A stretch of DNA of 64,000 nt, taken from Malacoraja senta (lineage: Eukaryota). The DNA lies in NCBI GenBank assembly GCA_038087875.1, contig CM075989.1:19842001-19906000 (forward strand), read 5' to 3'. The position numbers were made by a program, and so were the translations under genes. Positions 50,395 through 62,295 of this stretch are shown piece after piece (within the stretch, counting starts at the first letter, position 1; each line of letters opens with the position of its first letter). Under the pieces are notes generated by a model. The model worked only from the letters and a program-made list of their open reading frames with translations. It had not been told where the DNA came from and searched no databases.

Positions 50395-51574
50395 GGAAGG
50401 AGACAGGGAGACAGGGGGGAGAGAGAGAGGGGGGGAGATGGGAGAGACAGAGGGGAGTGAATGGAGTGAGAGAAGAGGGAGGGGGGAGAGAGAGGGGTGA
50501 GAGGGAAGAAAGAGGGAAGAGAGGGTAGGAGAGAATGGGAGAGAGAGGGGGAAGAGAGAGGGGTGGTAAAAGAGAGAGGGGGAAAGAGAAAAACGGGGGA
50601 AAGAGAGAAAGATGGGGGCAAAGAGAAAGAGGAGAACGAGACAGAGGAGAAAGAGAGGGGAGAAAGCAACGGGGGAGAGAGGTGGGAGGGTGAAATGATG
50701 GGAGAGAGGAGGAGAGAGAGAGGGAGGGAAGAGAGAGAGGTGAGAGAGAGAGAAGAGAGAGAGAGAGGGATAGAGAGAGAGGGAGGGGAGAGAGTGTGTA
50801 GAGAGGGGGAGATAGAGAGGGAGGGAGAAAGAGAGAGAGGGGGAAGTGAGGGGGAGGGAGAGGAGAGAGGGAGAGAGAGAAGAGGGGGGGGGGAGAGAGA
50901 AGAAAGAGAGGGAGAGAGAGAGAGGGAGGGAGAGAGGGGGAGAGAGAGTTAGAGTAAAGAGGGGAGTGAAAGTTAGGGGAAAGAGAGGGGGGAGAGAGGG
51001 AGAGGGGGGAGAGAGAGAGGGGACGAGAGAGGGGGGAGAGTGAGGTGGGAGGGAGAGAGGGGGAAGAGAGAGAGAGGGGGAGAGAGAGGGGAGGAGAAGG
51101 AGAGGGGGGTGGGAGGGAGAGTGGGGAGAGAGAAGGGAAGAGAGGAGAGAGAGAGGGGGAGAGAGAAGAGAGAGGGAAGGGAAGAGAGTGAGAGGGGGAG
51201 ACAGGGGAGAGAGAGGGGGTTAGAGGAGAGACAGAGGGAGAGGAGAGAGAGAGCGGAAAGAGAGGGGGGGACAGAGGGGAGAGAGAGGGGGGTTGAGAGG
51301 AGAGAGAGCGGAAGAGAGGGGAGAAAGAGAGGGATGAGAGTGAGGTGAGAGGGAGAGAGAGAGGGGAGAGAAAGAGAGGTGGAGAGAGAGGGGAGGGAGA
51401 GAGTGGGAGAGAGTGGGAGAGAGAGGGAGAGAAAGAGGAAAGAGAGGAGAGAGGGGGGGAGAGAGAAGGGGAGAGAGAGAGGGGGAGAGAGGGGGGGAGA
51501 GAGAAGGGGAGAGAGAGGGGGAGAAGGGGGAGAGAGAGGGGAGGAGAGGGAGGGGGGAGAGGGGGATAGAGAGG
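50395..51574. repeat. GA-rich low-complexity purine tract
   Basis: About 1.2 kb of almost only G and A on the plus strand. Confidence 0.95.
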
Positions 51575-52064
51575 CAGGGCTGCCAACTCCCATGCAGAGC
51601 GTGAGAATCACACATTTCGCGAAATTCTCACGCTGATTACAAATTTCTCTCGCTCTGTTGTGAGAAATTCTGTGATCAATGAAAATTTCAAAACTCATAT
51701 CAACTGCATGGGTCATGGGTGTTGGAAGCAGAAGCAGCGACGGGGACAGATGCGGACGGGGAGCGGGGCTGGCGAGTGTTTGCCGGGCTGGCGAGTCGTT
51801 CACTGCAGCTCCGGCCATGGAGCAGCCTCAGTGCAAGGCGTCGGAAGCGTTGCGCCGCTGCCGTGAGAGTCTCTGTGCCAAATTCGCCCAGGTGACCGGC
51901 ATGGGTAAGGCTGCGGCTCGGTGCATCCTGGAGGACAACCAGTGGCTGCTGGAAGTAAGTACCAAGCACTGGGTAGAAACGGTGGAAGATAGTGGACTTC
52001 AAATGGGGGTGGTTGGAGAAAGCATCCTGCTTGCCTGCTAGATTTTCACTTACTGTAACTGCAG

Positions 52065-52390
52065 GAAAAATGTTCCCGATGTTGGGGGAGTTCAGAACCA
52101 GGGGTCACAGTTTAAGAATAAAGGGGGGGGGGGGGCAGTTAGGACTGAGATGAGGACAAACTTTCTTCACACAGAGTTGTGAATCTGTATAATTCAGTGC
52201 AGTGCAGGCCAATTCACTGGATGTTTTCAAGAGAGAGTTACATTTAGTTCTTGGGGCTAACGACATCAAGGGATATGGGGAAAAAACAGGAAAGAGGTAC
52301 AGATTTTAGATGAATAGCCATGATCATATTGAATGGCAGTGCTGGCTCGAAGGGCCGGTGGCCTATTCCTGCACCTATTTTCTATGTTTC
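52065..52390 (+). mobile_element. CR1 3' fragment inside the composite transposon
   Basis: atgttcccgatgttgggggag...agaaccaggggtcacagtttaagaat, with tail cctgcacctattttctatgtttctatg. Confidence 0.8.
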
Positions 52391-53104
52391 TATGCTTGAG
52401 TATATGGCAATAAAACTCGATCACTTGATTTTGAAGCATTCATGCATGGTGGAGGTATAACGTAGTCATAGAGTGATACAGTGTGAAAACAGGCCCTTCG
52501 GCGCAACTTGCCCACACCCGCCAACATGTCCCAGCTACCCTACCTGCTGGGGGGAATTCCCTACCATACTGTGGAATGTAATTAGGAATGTAATTTACTC
52601 TAACCTTATTCATAGCTAATCCAATTTAAAGCATATATATTGCATTCAAGTATAGGTTAAAAGACTCGCTACAGTATGCACCATATTGCACAATTTCAAG
52701 CTGAAAAATGCAAAAGTTCCGTACTAATGGGAGGGGGGACACCCTCCTCTCATCCCCCCCCACCCCCCCCCCCCCCGGTCGCTATGCTCCCTCGGGCTTG
52801 GTCTCTCGCAATTTCTCACTCCCAACTCTCACCCAATGTTGGCAGCCCTGTACTTTGTAAATAAAATCTGAATACGTTTGTCTTGCATTTGCATTAAGTA
52901 CCAAGATTGCATACTTTGACCGGTTTTATCTTACTGTGGGGTCTGCTCTTGTCTTTGGTTGTGAACGTTGAAATACAGCTGATGGTACAATTGGTTTATT
53001 ATTAGATTCCACTTAGGAGCTGCATGTTATCAGAGTTATTGTGTTACTTAATGTCATTGTGACTTGCTGACACTATCCATTTTGCCTTTTTTTTTCCTCC
53101 CTAG

Positions 53105-53129
53105 GCCATCGTTTGGGCCCAAATCTAAG
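53105..53129 (+). CDS. Candidate 25-nt host micro-exon (gene not identified; xPSFGPKSK or xHRLGPNLx)
   Basis: Branch-like gctgac, polypyrimidine tract ttttgcctttttttttcctccctag and donor AAG/gtaacc, inside a ~950-bp repeat-free island. Confidence 0.5.
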
Positions 53130-55320
53130 GTAACCTGATGCTATGAAGCTGTGTAGGGATAAACTAGTCGGTGAGTGAATCATCTTCTTTTGAAATATAA
53201 ATAAACAGTGGCCATGATCATTTGTTTCGGTCAATTGCTGTGATAAGCATTTGTCTTCAATAAACACCAGTCTCTGGACATGAATTCTACGCCAGTGTTC
53301 AAAGCTGTAACAATTCATCAAGGCTTTATGTCTCGGACACCAAAAGCCTTGTGTGACCCTGGTTTATTATGGTCCTGGACAGGCTGCTTTTAACGACACA
53401 ACATGTTGCAGCCAGAGATAAAGGGGGTCGTACATTTTGCCATAAAGATTACTGTTCCGTGTGGTAACTGGAGATGCAGTTAAGCCTTTCTCCCTCATTG
53501 TCGGTCTCTGACGTGCTACCTTTCCATTCCACTCCAGTGAGCCGTGGAGTGGCTTCAGGGAACACTTTCATTGCTGTTTCATAGCAACCTTGTCATTTGT
53601 TGGTTGTGGTTGGTGGATTCTTCAGTGGAGACTGTTTGTTGCCTTTGCAAGGAAAAGTGCCTCTGATGCTTTTACTAATGTGCTTCCTAAAGGTCCGTGT
53701 GAAGCCTGCAGGTAGACGATGGCGTTATCATTCAAATATTGCTGTTGCTGCCTTGTGGAAATATTAATATGTATGTTTGGTGAATTGCAGTGCTGTAGTA
53801 TCTGGTTAAGTGAATAGGAAGGAACTGCAGATTCTGGTTTACACCAACAGGTTTAGCCCTGAACTACTATCTCCCTCGTTGGAGACCTTTGGACAATCTT
53901 TGATCGGACTTTACTGGCTTTAGCAGTTCAGTTCAGTTCAGTTTATTGTCACGTGCACCGAGGTACGGTGAAAAGCTTTTGTTGCGTGCTAACCAGTCAG
54001 CGGAAAGACAATACATGATTACCTTGCACTAAACGTTATTCACCGTATTCCCTTTATCATGTATCTGTACACTGTGGACGGCTCGATTGTAATCATGTAT
54101 TGTCTTTCCGCTGCCCGGTTGGCATGCAACAAAAGCTTTTCACTGTACCTTGGTACACGTGTCAATAAACTAAACTGAACTAAAGATAGACACAAAATGC
54201 TGGAGTAACTCAGCAGGTCTGAGGAAGGGTTCCGACCCAAAACGTCACCTATTCCTTTCCTCTAGAGATGCTACCTGACCCGCTGAGTTCCTCCAGTGTT
54301 TTGTGTCTATCTTAAGTCTAATAATGTTGTTTCATTGATGTCTCGCACCTCAGGTGAAACCCAACTCGTACATGTCTGGTGATTCCATCCTGCCATTGTG
54401 CAGGCAATGCTATTTTTGGGTTTATTATTGTCACGTGTGCCAAGGTGCAGTGAAAAGCTTTGCATTGCCTGCTATCCAAATAGATCAAATACTATTATAC
54501 ATAAATGCAATCAAGGCAAGTATAATGGGTGGAGCAAAAGGGAAGATACAGAGTGCAGAATATAGTTCTCAGCATAGTAGCTCATCAGTTTCATTGACAA
54601 AGTCCAATGTCCGCAATGGGGTGGAGGTGAATCGGACAGTACCCCAGCTTATAGAAGGACTGTTCAAATCCTGATAACAGAGGGGAAGAAGCTGTTCCTG
54701 AGTCTAGTGGTGCGCGCTTTCAAGCTTCTGTACCTTCTGCTGGATGGGAGCAGGGAAAAGATGGAATGACTGGAGTGGGACAAGTATTTGAGACGGTGTC
54801 AATGTTTTCGTATCTATACTATCTAGATTCTGAAATAGTAAATAGTTCAGTTGTAATAAGTTGCCATGTTTTGGGATCCCTCCGGTTCCCCATGGCCTTT
54901 GCACTTAGCTGTTTTGTTTTTTATGTTGTTATTTGTTTGAAAAAAAACAATGTTAGAATATTGAAGATCATTTATGCTACCACAATGTTGTCTGGATTAG
55001 ATGGTATCAGCTATAGGGAGAGTTTTGACAAACCTGGACTGTTTTCTCTGAAGTGTCAGAGGCTATCGGGAGACCTGATAAAACGACATAACACTGTGAG
55101 AGGCATATATTGGGTGTCAAAGACTCGAGGGCATAGCTTTAAGGTGAAAGAGGCAAAGTTTAAAAGAGGTGAGCGGAACAACATCTTTTGACACAGAGAG
55201 TGGTGATTGTATGAAATGTATTGCCAGGGGTGAGATATCATAGGAACATTTAAGAGGCTTTTAGATCAAGTCAAGAGAGTTTTATTGTCATGTGTCCCAG
55301 ATAGGACAATTCAATTCTTA

Positions 55321-55543
55321 AGGGCCTGTCCCACTTGCCGATTTTTTTCGGCGACTGCCGCCATCATTGACTGACGTATCAGGTCACTGAAAAATGCGTG
55401 ATGACGTATTGACGCGCGGTGATTTTTCAAGTGTCGCAACATTTTTTGTTGTCGCCGCTGGATTTCGAAATGTTCAAAATCTTTTGACGACACTGATATG
55501 ACGCCAGCAGTCGCTGAAAAAATCGCCAAGTGGGACAGGCCCT
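55321..55543. mobile_element. Harbinger-like MITE (family B), inverted relative to 25382-25634
   Basis: agggcctgtcccacttgccgattttttt ... aagtgggacaggccct, flanked by tta/cta. Confidence 0.85.
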
Positions 55544-55661
55544 CTAATTGCTGCAGCTCCTCAAATGATGTAAAAATAATTCAAAACGGAAGATAAAAGT
55601 TCAGTGTGTCTGTAGACCATAGACCATATATACACAATAAATAAACAGATATAGTGCAATG

Positions 55662-55677
55662 ATAATAATAATACTAC

Positions 55678-55723
<46 letters not shown>
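55662..55723. repeat. (TAA)n microsatellite
   Basis: About 20 taa/tac units. Confidence 0.95.
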
Positions 55724-55724
<1 letters not shown>

Positions 55725-55739
55725 GACTATTATTGTTCA

Positions 55740-55952
55740 GAGATGTTGTGTTTAATAGCCTGATGGCTGTGGAGAAGAAGCTGAATGTTACAGATTTCAG
55801 GCTCCTGTACCTTCTTCCCGATGGCAACGGTGAAATGAGTGTGTGGCCAGGATGGTGTGGGTCTTTGATGATGTTGGCAGCCTTTTTGAGGCAGCGACTG
55901 CGATAGATCCCTTCGATGGTGGGGAGGTCAGAGCCGGTGATGGACGGGGCAG
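55740..55952 (-). mobile_element. Rex1/Babar 3' fragment
   Basis: TAPSITGSDLPTIEGIYRSRCLKKAANIIKDPHHPGHTLISPLPSGRRYRSLK. Confidence 0.85.
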
Positions 55953-56076
55953 TGGATATGTGGGGAATGGAAGGATATGGATCATGCACAGGCAGATGAG
56001 ATAAGTTTAGCTTGGCATTAAATTTGGCACAGACATTGTGGGCCGATGGGCCTGTTCCTGTGCTGCACTGGTCTAT

Positions 56077-56259
56077 AGCGGGTGAGGCAGCATCTATAGA
56101 GAGAAGGAATTGGCGACGTTTTGGGTCGAGACCCTCGGGTCTCGACCCGAAACGTCGGCAATTCCTTCTCTCCACAGATGCTGCCTCACCCGCTGAGTTA
56201 CTCCAGCATATTGTGTCTACCTTCGATTTTACCAGCATCTGCAGTTCTTTTTTTAAACA
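56077..56259 (+). mobile_element. Penelope-like fold-back module
   Basis: Inverted arms, with flanking repeat actggtctat (56067-56076 and 56266-56275). Confidence 0.75.
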
Positions 56260-56599
56260 AAATGTACTGGTCTATGATCTAAGTACTTGTATATCTGGGA
56301 GTGCTTCCTCAATCCTACTGTTCAAAGATATTAACATGCGATCAGGACTAATGTCATTCTGTTAGAATAATTATTGCAGTATCGTCTTCAAGGTCTATAA
56401 TTATCCAGAAATTAGATTTTATAGATCAGGTGTATTAAGCAGGATTCCAGTAGGAATACTTTTTCCTGATCATAGCGACCTGCTGGAGATATGATTTCAA
56501 ATCCCACAAAGGTTGGTGAAGAATTTTAATTCAGTTAGTTGAATAATATGAATTATTTTTTAAAAGTTCGAACAAATAGGTGGTGGAGCTGCTACCTCA

Positions 56600-56915
56600 C
56601 GCACCCTGGCCACTCCCTCTTCTCCCCTCTCCCATCGGGCAAAAGGTACAGAAGTGTGAAAACGCACACCTCCAGATTCAGGGACAGTTTCTTCCCACCT
56701 GTTATCAGGCAACTGAACCACCCTAGCATAACTAGAGAGCAGTCCTGAACTACTATCTACTTCATTGGAGACCCCCCGAACTACCATTACTGGCTTTATC
56801 TTGCACTAAACATTATTCCCTTACCATGTATCTGCACACTGTGTGGGCGCGCAACAAAAGCTTCTCACTGTACCTCAGTACAGGTGACAATAAACTAAAC
56901 TGAACTGAACTGAAC
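56600..56915 (+). mobile_element. Rex1/Babar 3' end
   Basis: HPGHSLFSPLPSGKRYRSVKTHTSRFRDSFFP, with an (aactg)n tail. Confidence 0.85.
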
Positions 56916-57338
56916 TAGAGACCTGTGCTCGATCCTGACGAGTGGTTCGGGTTGGCAACTTTCTCACTCCCAAATAAGGGACAAATGGTCAAAATAAGGG
57001 ACAAATTGAGTGAATGATGAGTTGGCCCGGGTGCTGGACTGCACACAAAGCCCAGCCGGCGGGCCAGCTGAGGAGTTTTGGCAGTCTGGCACCCCATCCA
57101 ACTCATGAACCGATGATCGGCCATGAGAAGGAGGGGTGGTGGTGTCGGCGGTAAGCAACGGTCCGAAGGTCGGGCAGCTGGCCGGGCTGCCGACCGACGG
57201 GGCCATGAGCGACGCGCTGCTGCTGCTGTACTCCATGGGCTGTATTACGTCGGGACGGGTGAGGCTGGGCCAGACGTGGCAGTCAGACCCGACTGTCCCC
57301 TCGACCTGAGTAGTAGCAGTCAAATACGGGACAAGGGC

Positions 57339-57435
57339 AGTCTGAAGAAGGGTTTCGGCCCGAAACGTTGCCTGTTTCCTTCGCTCCATAGATGCTGCTG
57401 CACCCGCTGAGTTTCTCCAGCATTTTTGTGTACCC
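57339..57435 (+). mobile_element. Penelope-like module, 3'-shortened
   Basis: 13-bp target duplication acgggacaagggc (57326-57338 and 57436-57448). Confidence 0.82.
57342..57369 (+). ncRNA. Minimal hammerhead-ribozyme-like motif (representative copy)
   Basis: CUGAAGA-A-GGGU(UUCG)GCCC-GAAACGUU: hammerhead core boxes flanking a tetraloop stem II, with a palindromic AACGUU in place of stem III. Confidence 0.55.
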
Positions 57436-58533
57436 ACGGGACAAGGGCGGTCCAGTATGGGACAAACCAATTTAGCCCAATATATGGGATGTCCCGGCTA
57501 ATACGGGACAATTGGCAACCCTACTAGTCCTCATCTCCTTCCCAAAAGAACGTCCTATATTTCTGCGGCTATGACCTCTAGTCCTAGACTCTCCCACTAG
57601 CCATCCTCTCCACATCCACTCCTATCACTATTCTGTACCTTTCAATGAGGTCCCCCCTCATTCTTCTAAACTCCAGCGAGTACAGGCCCAGTGCTGACTA
57701 ATGTTCATCATAGGTTAACCTACTCATTCCTGAGAACTTGTCATGTCAGGCAGCATTAGCGGAAGTTCCTCCTTCTCCTTGTAACTCCAGCCACCCATTC
57801 CATTCTTCTGAATCTTTTCTGCACTCTTTCCAGCTTAATATATCCTTTCTACAGCTGGGCAACCAGTATTACACACTATCGACTCACAGACTTTATCCAT
57901 TATATTCTCCTGCAGTGAGTAACTGGCCAGGAATAGTGCTTAAAATTGTCAGCATATCTTGGTTGGAAATCATTGGAATCGGCCAGCTTTTGTTCACTGA
58001 TTCTCACTTCAGTCTCTTTTTAATGATATGTCACCACATTAAAATACTTTTTGAAAACTCGCATGTGTAATTAAATGATTTTAAATCGTACTCAAAGCAA
58101 TATTTACCATACTTGTTGCAATTTGTCTTTGATTATAACTCTGCTTTATCCACCCTGTTGTGAAAGTGATTTCTTTGCTTTCCTGCTGGGAATTTTTGGA
58201 TGCGTGATGCATTTGTGAAATTCCTTTGTCCCATATCTTAAGAGGCCTTCAACTATTTAAATTGTTCTGGAGTTGAGGCAAGAGTGACCCTGATTTAATT
58301 TAATTTAATGTTCCGAACTCCTTCAGAAATAAATGACCTATCAAAGTCCAATAGTTGCTTAAGAAAACTATGCTTTGAATATTTATTTCGCTGACTGATC
58401 TTTCAGTTTGTTATGAGCTTGAGATGAAGTCCTATTACCAGTTTTCAGAAGGTTAGCTAAATTGAAGCCACATCTGTTCTTACAGGTGTGCGTAACAACA
58501 GTCATGGACTCTCTTCAATGAATTCTTTTCAAA

Positions 58534-58843
58534 GGCGGCAGGGTGGCGCAACGGTAGAGTTGCTGCCTTACACTGCCAGAGACTCGGGTTTGATCCTGAC
58601 CACGGATGCTGTCTGTACGGAGTTTGTACATTCTCCCTGTGACCACGTGGGTTTCCTCCGGATCCCCTGGTTTCCTCCCACACTCCAAAGACGTGCAGGT
58701 TTGTAGGTTAATTGGCTTCAGTAAAATTGTCCCTGGTGTGTAGGATAGTGTTGGTGTATGGGGTGATCGCTGGTTGGCACGGACTCAGGTGGGGGCTGAA
58801 GAGCCTGTTTGCACTCTGTATCTCCAAAGTCTAAAGTCTAAAC
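58534..58843 (+). mobile_element. V-SINE, full length
   Basis: A and B boxes, V-domain and (ctaaagt) tail. Confidence 0.85.
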
Positions 58844-58914
58844 AGAAGTGAGAAATTATCTCTGAGGCCCTGGCAACTTTTAATTTCCCACTAAGGTAGA
58901 TCATCTAATCATTA

Positions 58915-59247
58915 GGGCGGCACAATGGTGCAGCTGGCCGATCCACTGCCTTACAGCGCCAGTGACCCGGGTTCGATCCTGACCTCGGGTGTTGTCTGCG
59001 TTGAGTTTGCACGTTCTCCTTGTGTCCGCGTGGGTTTCCTCCCGGTGCTCCAGTTTCCTCCCTAAACATGGTGAGTTAGCAGGTTCATTGACTTCAGTAA
59101 AATTGCCGCTACTTTGCCTTGGGAGTGGATGTGAAAATGTGGTCATGTAGAACTAGTGTGAATGGGTGACCGATGGTCGGTGTGGACTCGGTGGTCCGAG
59201 GCGTCTTTCACCATGCTGTATCTCCAAAAGTCTAACTAAAAACTAAA
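58915..59247 (+). mobile_element. V-SINE, divergent subfamily
   Basis: A and B boxes, V-domain and a different 3' region. Confidence 0.8.
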
Positions 59248-60954
59248 ATCATTCCAAAAGACAGACAGTGCTTTTCAGAGGGTTGAGTCATCCGGACTTT
59301 CCAACAAGTGAGGTGTTTCTGAAGTGTGGTAACATCCAGTCCCTACACACCAAGGGCAATTTACAGAATCCAATTAACCGACAAGCCCGTAAGGCTTTGA
59401 GATGTGGGAGGAATAGTGAAAGGCTTGGATAGAGTGAATGTGGAAAGGATGTTTCCACTGGTGGGAGAATCTCGGACTCGAGGTCATAGTCTCAGAATTA
59501 AAGGATGTTCTTTTCGGAACATTTTTAGCGGGTGAATCTGTGGAATTCTTTGCCACAGAAGGTTGTGGAGACCAAGTCAGTGGGTATTTTTAAGGCAGAG
59601 GTAGATAGATTCTTGATTAGTACGGGTGTCAGAGGTTATGGGGAGAGGGCAGGAGAATGGGGTTAGGAGGGAGAGATAGATCAGCCATGATTGAAAAGCG
59701 GAGTAGGCTTGACGGGCCAAATGGCCTCATTCTACTCCTATTCCTTATGACCTTATGAAACCAGCGCACAGGGAGGAAACCCAGGCGGTCACTTGAAGAT
59801 TGTAGAAACGCCGTAGAGATAGCACCTGAGGTCGGGATCGAACGGCGGTCGGCAGCGTTGTGATACAACAGCTCCACCAGCTGCACCGCTCTGCCGCCCT
59901 CAATACTTTGCCCTTCCCTTTCTTTTGGGTTTTAATCTTTCAACTACCATTTTAGCAAGAGGGGTTTTAACTACTACTTAGAAAGAGGAGACAGGAACAG
60001 TCATACCCATCATATGGCTGATATGTTTCCATCCCAGTTCCCATCATATCATGGCTGATCCCATCATGGACTCACCACTGCTATCTTGTGTTTTCCCCTT
60101 TTCCCGTGACTTCCCTGAATAGAGTCATAAAGTGATGCAACGTGGAAACAGGCCCTTTGGCCCAACCTGCCCACACCGGCCAACATCAAACTGTACAATC
60201 CTCCCCCCTTTTGTCCTGGGGTAGACTGACTGCCCCCGCCCCAATCTTTACACATCCCCAATCCTTTCCACTCCTCACTTTAATTTCATGTATCTTGTGT
60301 TTTTAAGACAGTTGGCAGATCAATTTTCCCTCCTGGGATAAATAAAGTTCTATTGTATCGTATTGTATGTCCCAGCTACACTAGTCCCACCTGACTGCGT
60401 TTGGCCCATATCCCTCGAAACCGGTCCTATCCATGTACCTGTCCAAATGTTTCTTAATGTTAAGTTGAGCATTTATCAAGATTCGCTTCAATTATATTAA
60501 TGACTCCAGCTCAATAAATCCAAAGCTGCACAATACGTTTGGACAAGCACATGGATGCTATGGGAACGGAGGGATATGGATCATGTGCAGGCAGATAAGA
60601 GTTTGTCTTGGCATCATGTCCGGCACAAACTGAATTTTTCTATGTTGTAAGATATTCCATCTCATCTCCATCTCAAATCAATGCCACTTTATTCTGCACC
60701 AAGCTTAGAGCGTTTGATGGCATTGTACCTCTACTCGTTGGAGTTTAGAAGGATGAGGGGGTACCTCATTGAAACTTACCAAATAGTGCAACGGCCCGGA
60801 TAGAGTGGATATGGAGAGGATGTTTCCACTAGTGGAAGAGTCTGGGATCAGAGGTCCATTAGGATGGAGATGAGGAGGAATTTCTTTAGTCAGAGGGTGG
60901 TGAATTTGTGGAATTCATCGCCACAGAGGCTGTGGAGGCCAAGTCAATGGATAT

Positions 60955-61112
60955 CTTTGGAATGTGGGAGGAAACCGGAGCACCCGGAGAAAACCCAGGT
61001 GGTCACGGTGAGAAGGTACAAACTCCTTACAGACAGCACCCGTAGTCAGGATCAAACCTGGGTCTCTGGCGCCGTAAGGCAGCAACTCTACCGCTGCGCC
61101 ACCATGCCGCCC
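60955..61112 (-). mobile_element. V-SINE 5' half fused to a CR1 fragment
   Basis: tRNA head and V-domain on the minus strand, abutting CR1 sequence at about 60700-60955. Confidence 0.75.
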
Positions 61113-61414
61113 AAAGTGCATTGAATAGTTTAGAAAGATATTAGCTCAGCGGGAATGTTGAAAGCAAATTTATGCACAAGTCTCTGAGCTTGAAGCAACA
61201 TAGGCAACTTGTAAAAGTAAAATATTCCGAGCCTCAGATGATGGATGGGAACAGCAGTCGAGCTGCACAGTTGGAAATCCCAATTGCCATTTGTACCCAG
61301 CCCCCTCAGCATCTTTCCAGGCGGAGATGTGACAGACACACAGTGGGAGCCGGGATGCAGCCAGCAGTCCCTCACATAACAACACTGTGCTGCACTAGGC
61401 ATTGCATGCAAGAG

Positions 61415-62212
61415 AAGTTTCGGGCCCCATATCTGAGGAAGGATGTGCTGGCGTTAGAGATGGTCCAGAGGAAGGTTACGAGAATGATCCCTGGAATGGG
61501 GTCAAGGAAAGAGCGTTCACGTCGCGGCCCGGTCTTCACCAATCTTTCCACCACCACGCACAAGAAGCACAAGAAGCACAAGACAGACACCATTGTATGC
61601 AGATGCTGAGAAGTGTGTTCAGTTCTGGCTGAACAACTTCTAATCTTTTGTGTGGACTCGATAAGTAGAAGATCCCAGGAATGACTGGGTTAACATATGA
61701 TGAGCGTTTGACGGCACTGGGCCTGCACCCGCTGGAGTTTCGAAGGATGAGGGGGAACCTCATTGAAACTTACCAAATAGTGAAATGCTTGGAATGAGTG
61801 GATGTGGAGAGAATGTTTCCACTAGTGGGAGAGTCTAAGACCAGTCGGAATAAAAGATGCACCTTTAAGAAGGAGAAGAGGAGGAATTTCATTAGTCTGA
61901 GGCTGTGGAGGCCAAACCAATGGATATTTTTGGGATGTGGGAGGATGTATCTTTAGAAAGGAGATGAGGAGGAATATCTCTAGTCAGAGGGTGGTGAATC
62001 TGTGAAATTCATTGCCACAGAAGGCTGTGAAGGCCAAGTCAATGGATATTTAAATGTGGAGATGGACAGATTCTTGATTAGTACGGGTGTCAGGGGTTAT
62101 GGGGAGAGAACAGGAGAATGGGGTTGAGAGGGAGAGATAGATCAGCCATGATTGAATGGCAGTGTAGACTTGATGGGCCGAATGGCCTAATTCTGCTCCA
62201 CGAACTTATGAA
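61415..62212 (+). mobile_element. CR1 3' fragment with a filler insertion and internal duplication
   Basis: APYLRKDVLALEMVQRKVTRMIPG, resuming at 61671, then the CR1 3' UTR. Confidence 0.8.
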
Positions 62213-62295
62213 GAATATGGATGAACGTAGTGGGCATTGCTATTAATTAATTGCATTGTCCTCAAGTCATACAGCCCTTTGGACCAACGCAGTGG

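Larger units (their letters stand above)
50050..52850. mobile_element. Composite non-autonomous DNA transposon (hAT-like termini, 6-bp target duplication)
   Basis: cagggctgccaac at 50050 and gttggcagccctg at 52850, flanked by tacttt on both sides. A second left end starts at 51575. Confidence 0.75.
56947..57523. mobile_element. Non-autonomous DNA transposon with TAGGGTTGCCAA-type termini (hAT-like)
   Basis: tcgggttggcaa ... ttggcaacccta, with repeated gggac(a) subterminal motifs and a GC-rich body. No clear target duplication. Confidence 0.6.

Noticed and set aside
50085..51818. Long ORFs (up to 468 aa) rich in S/L/P or R/E/G
   Set aside because: Translation of the GA low-complexity tract, which lacks stop codons by composition.
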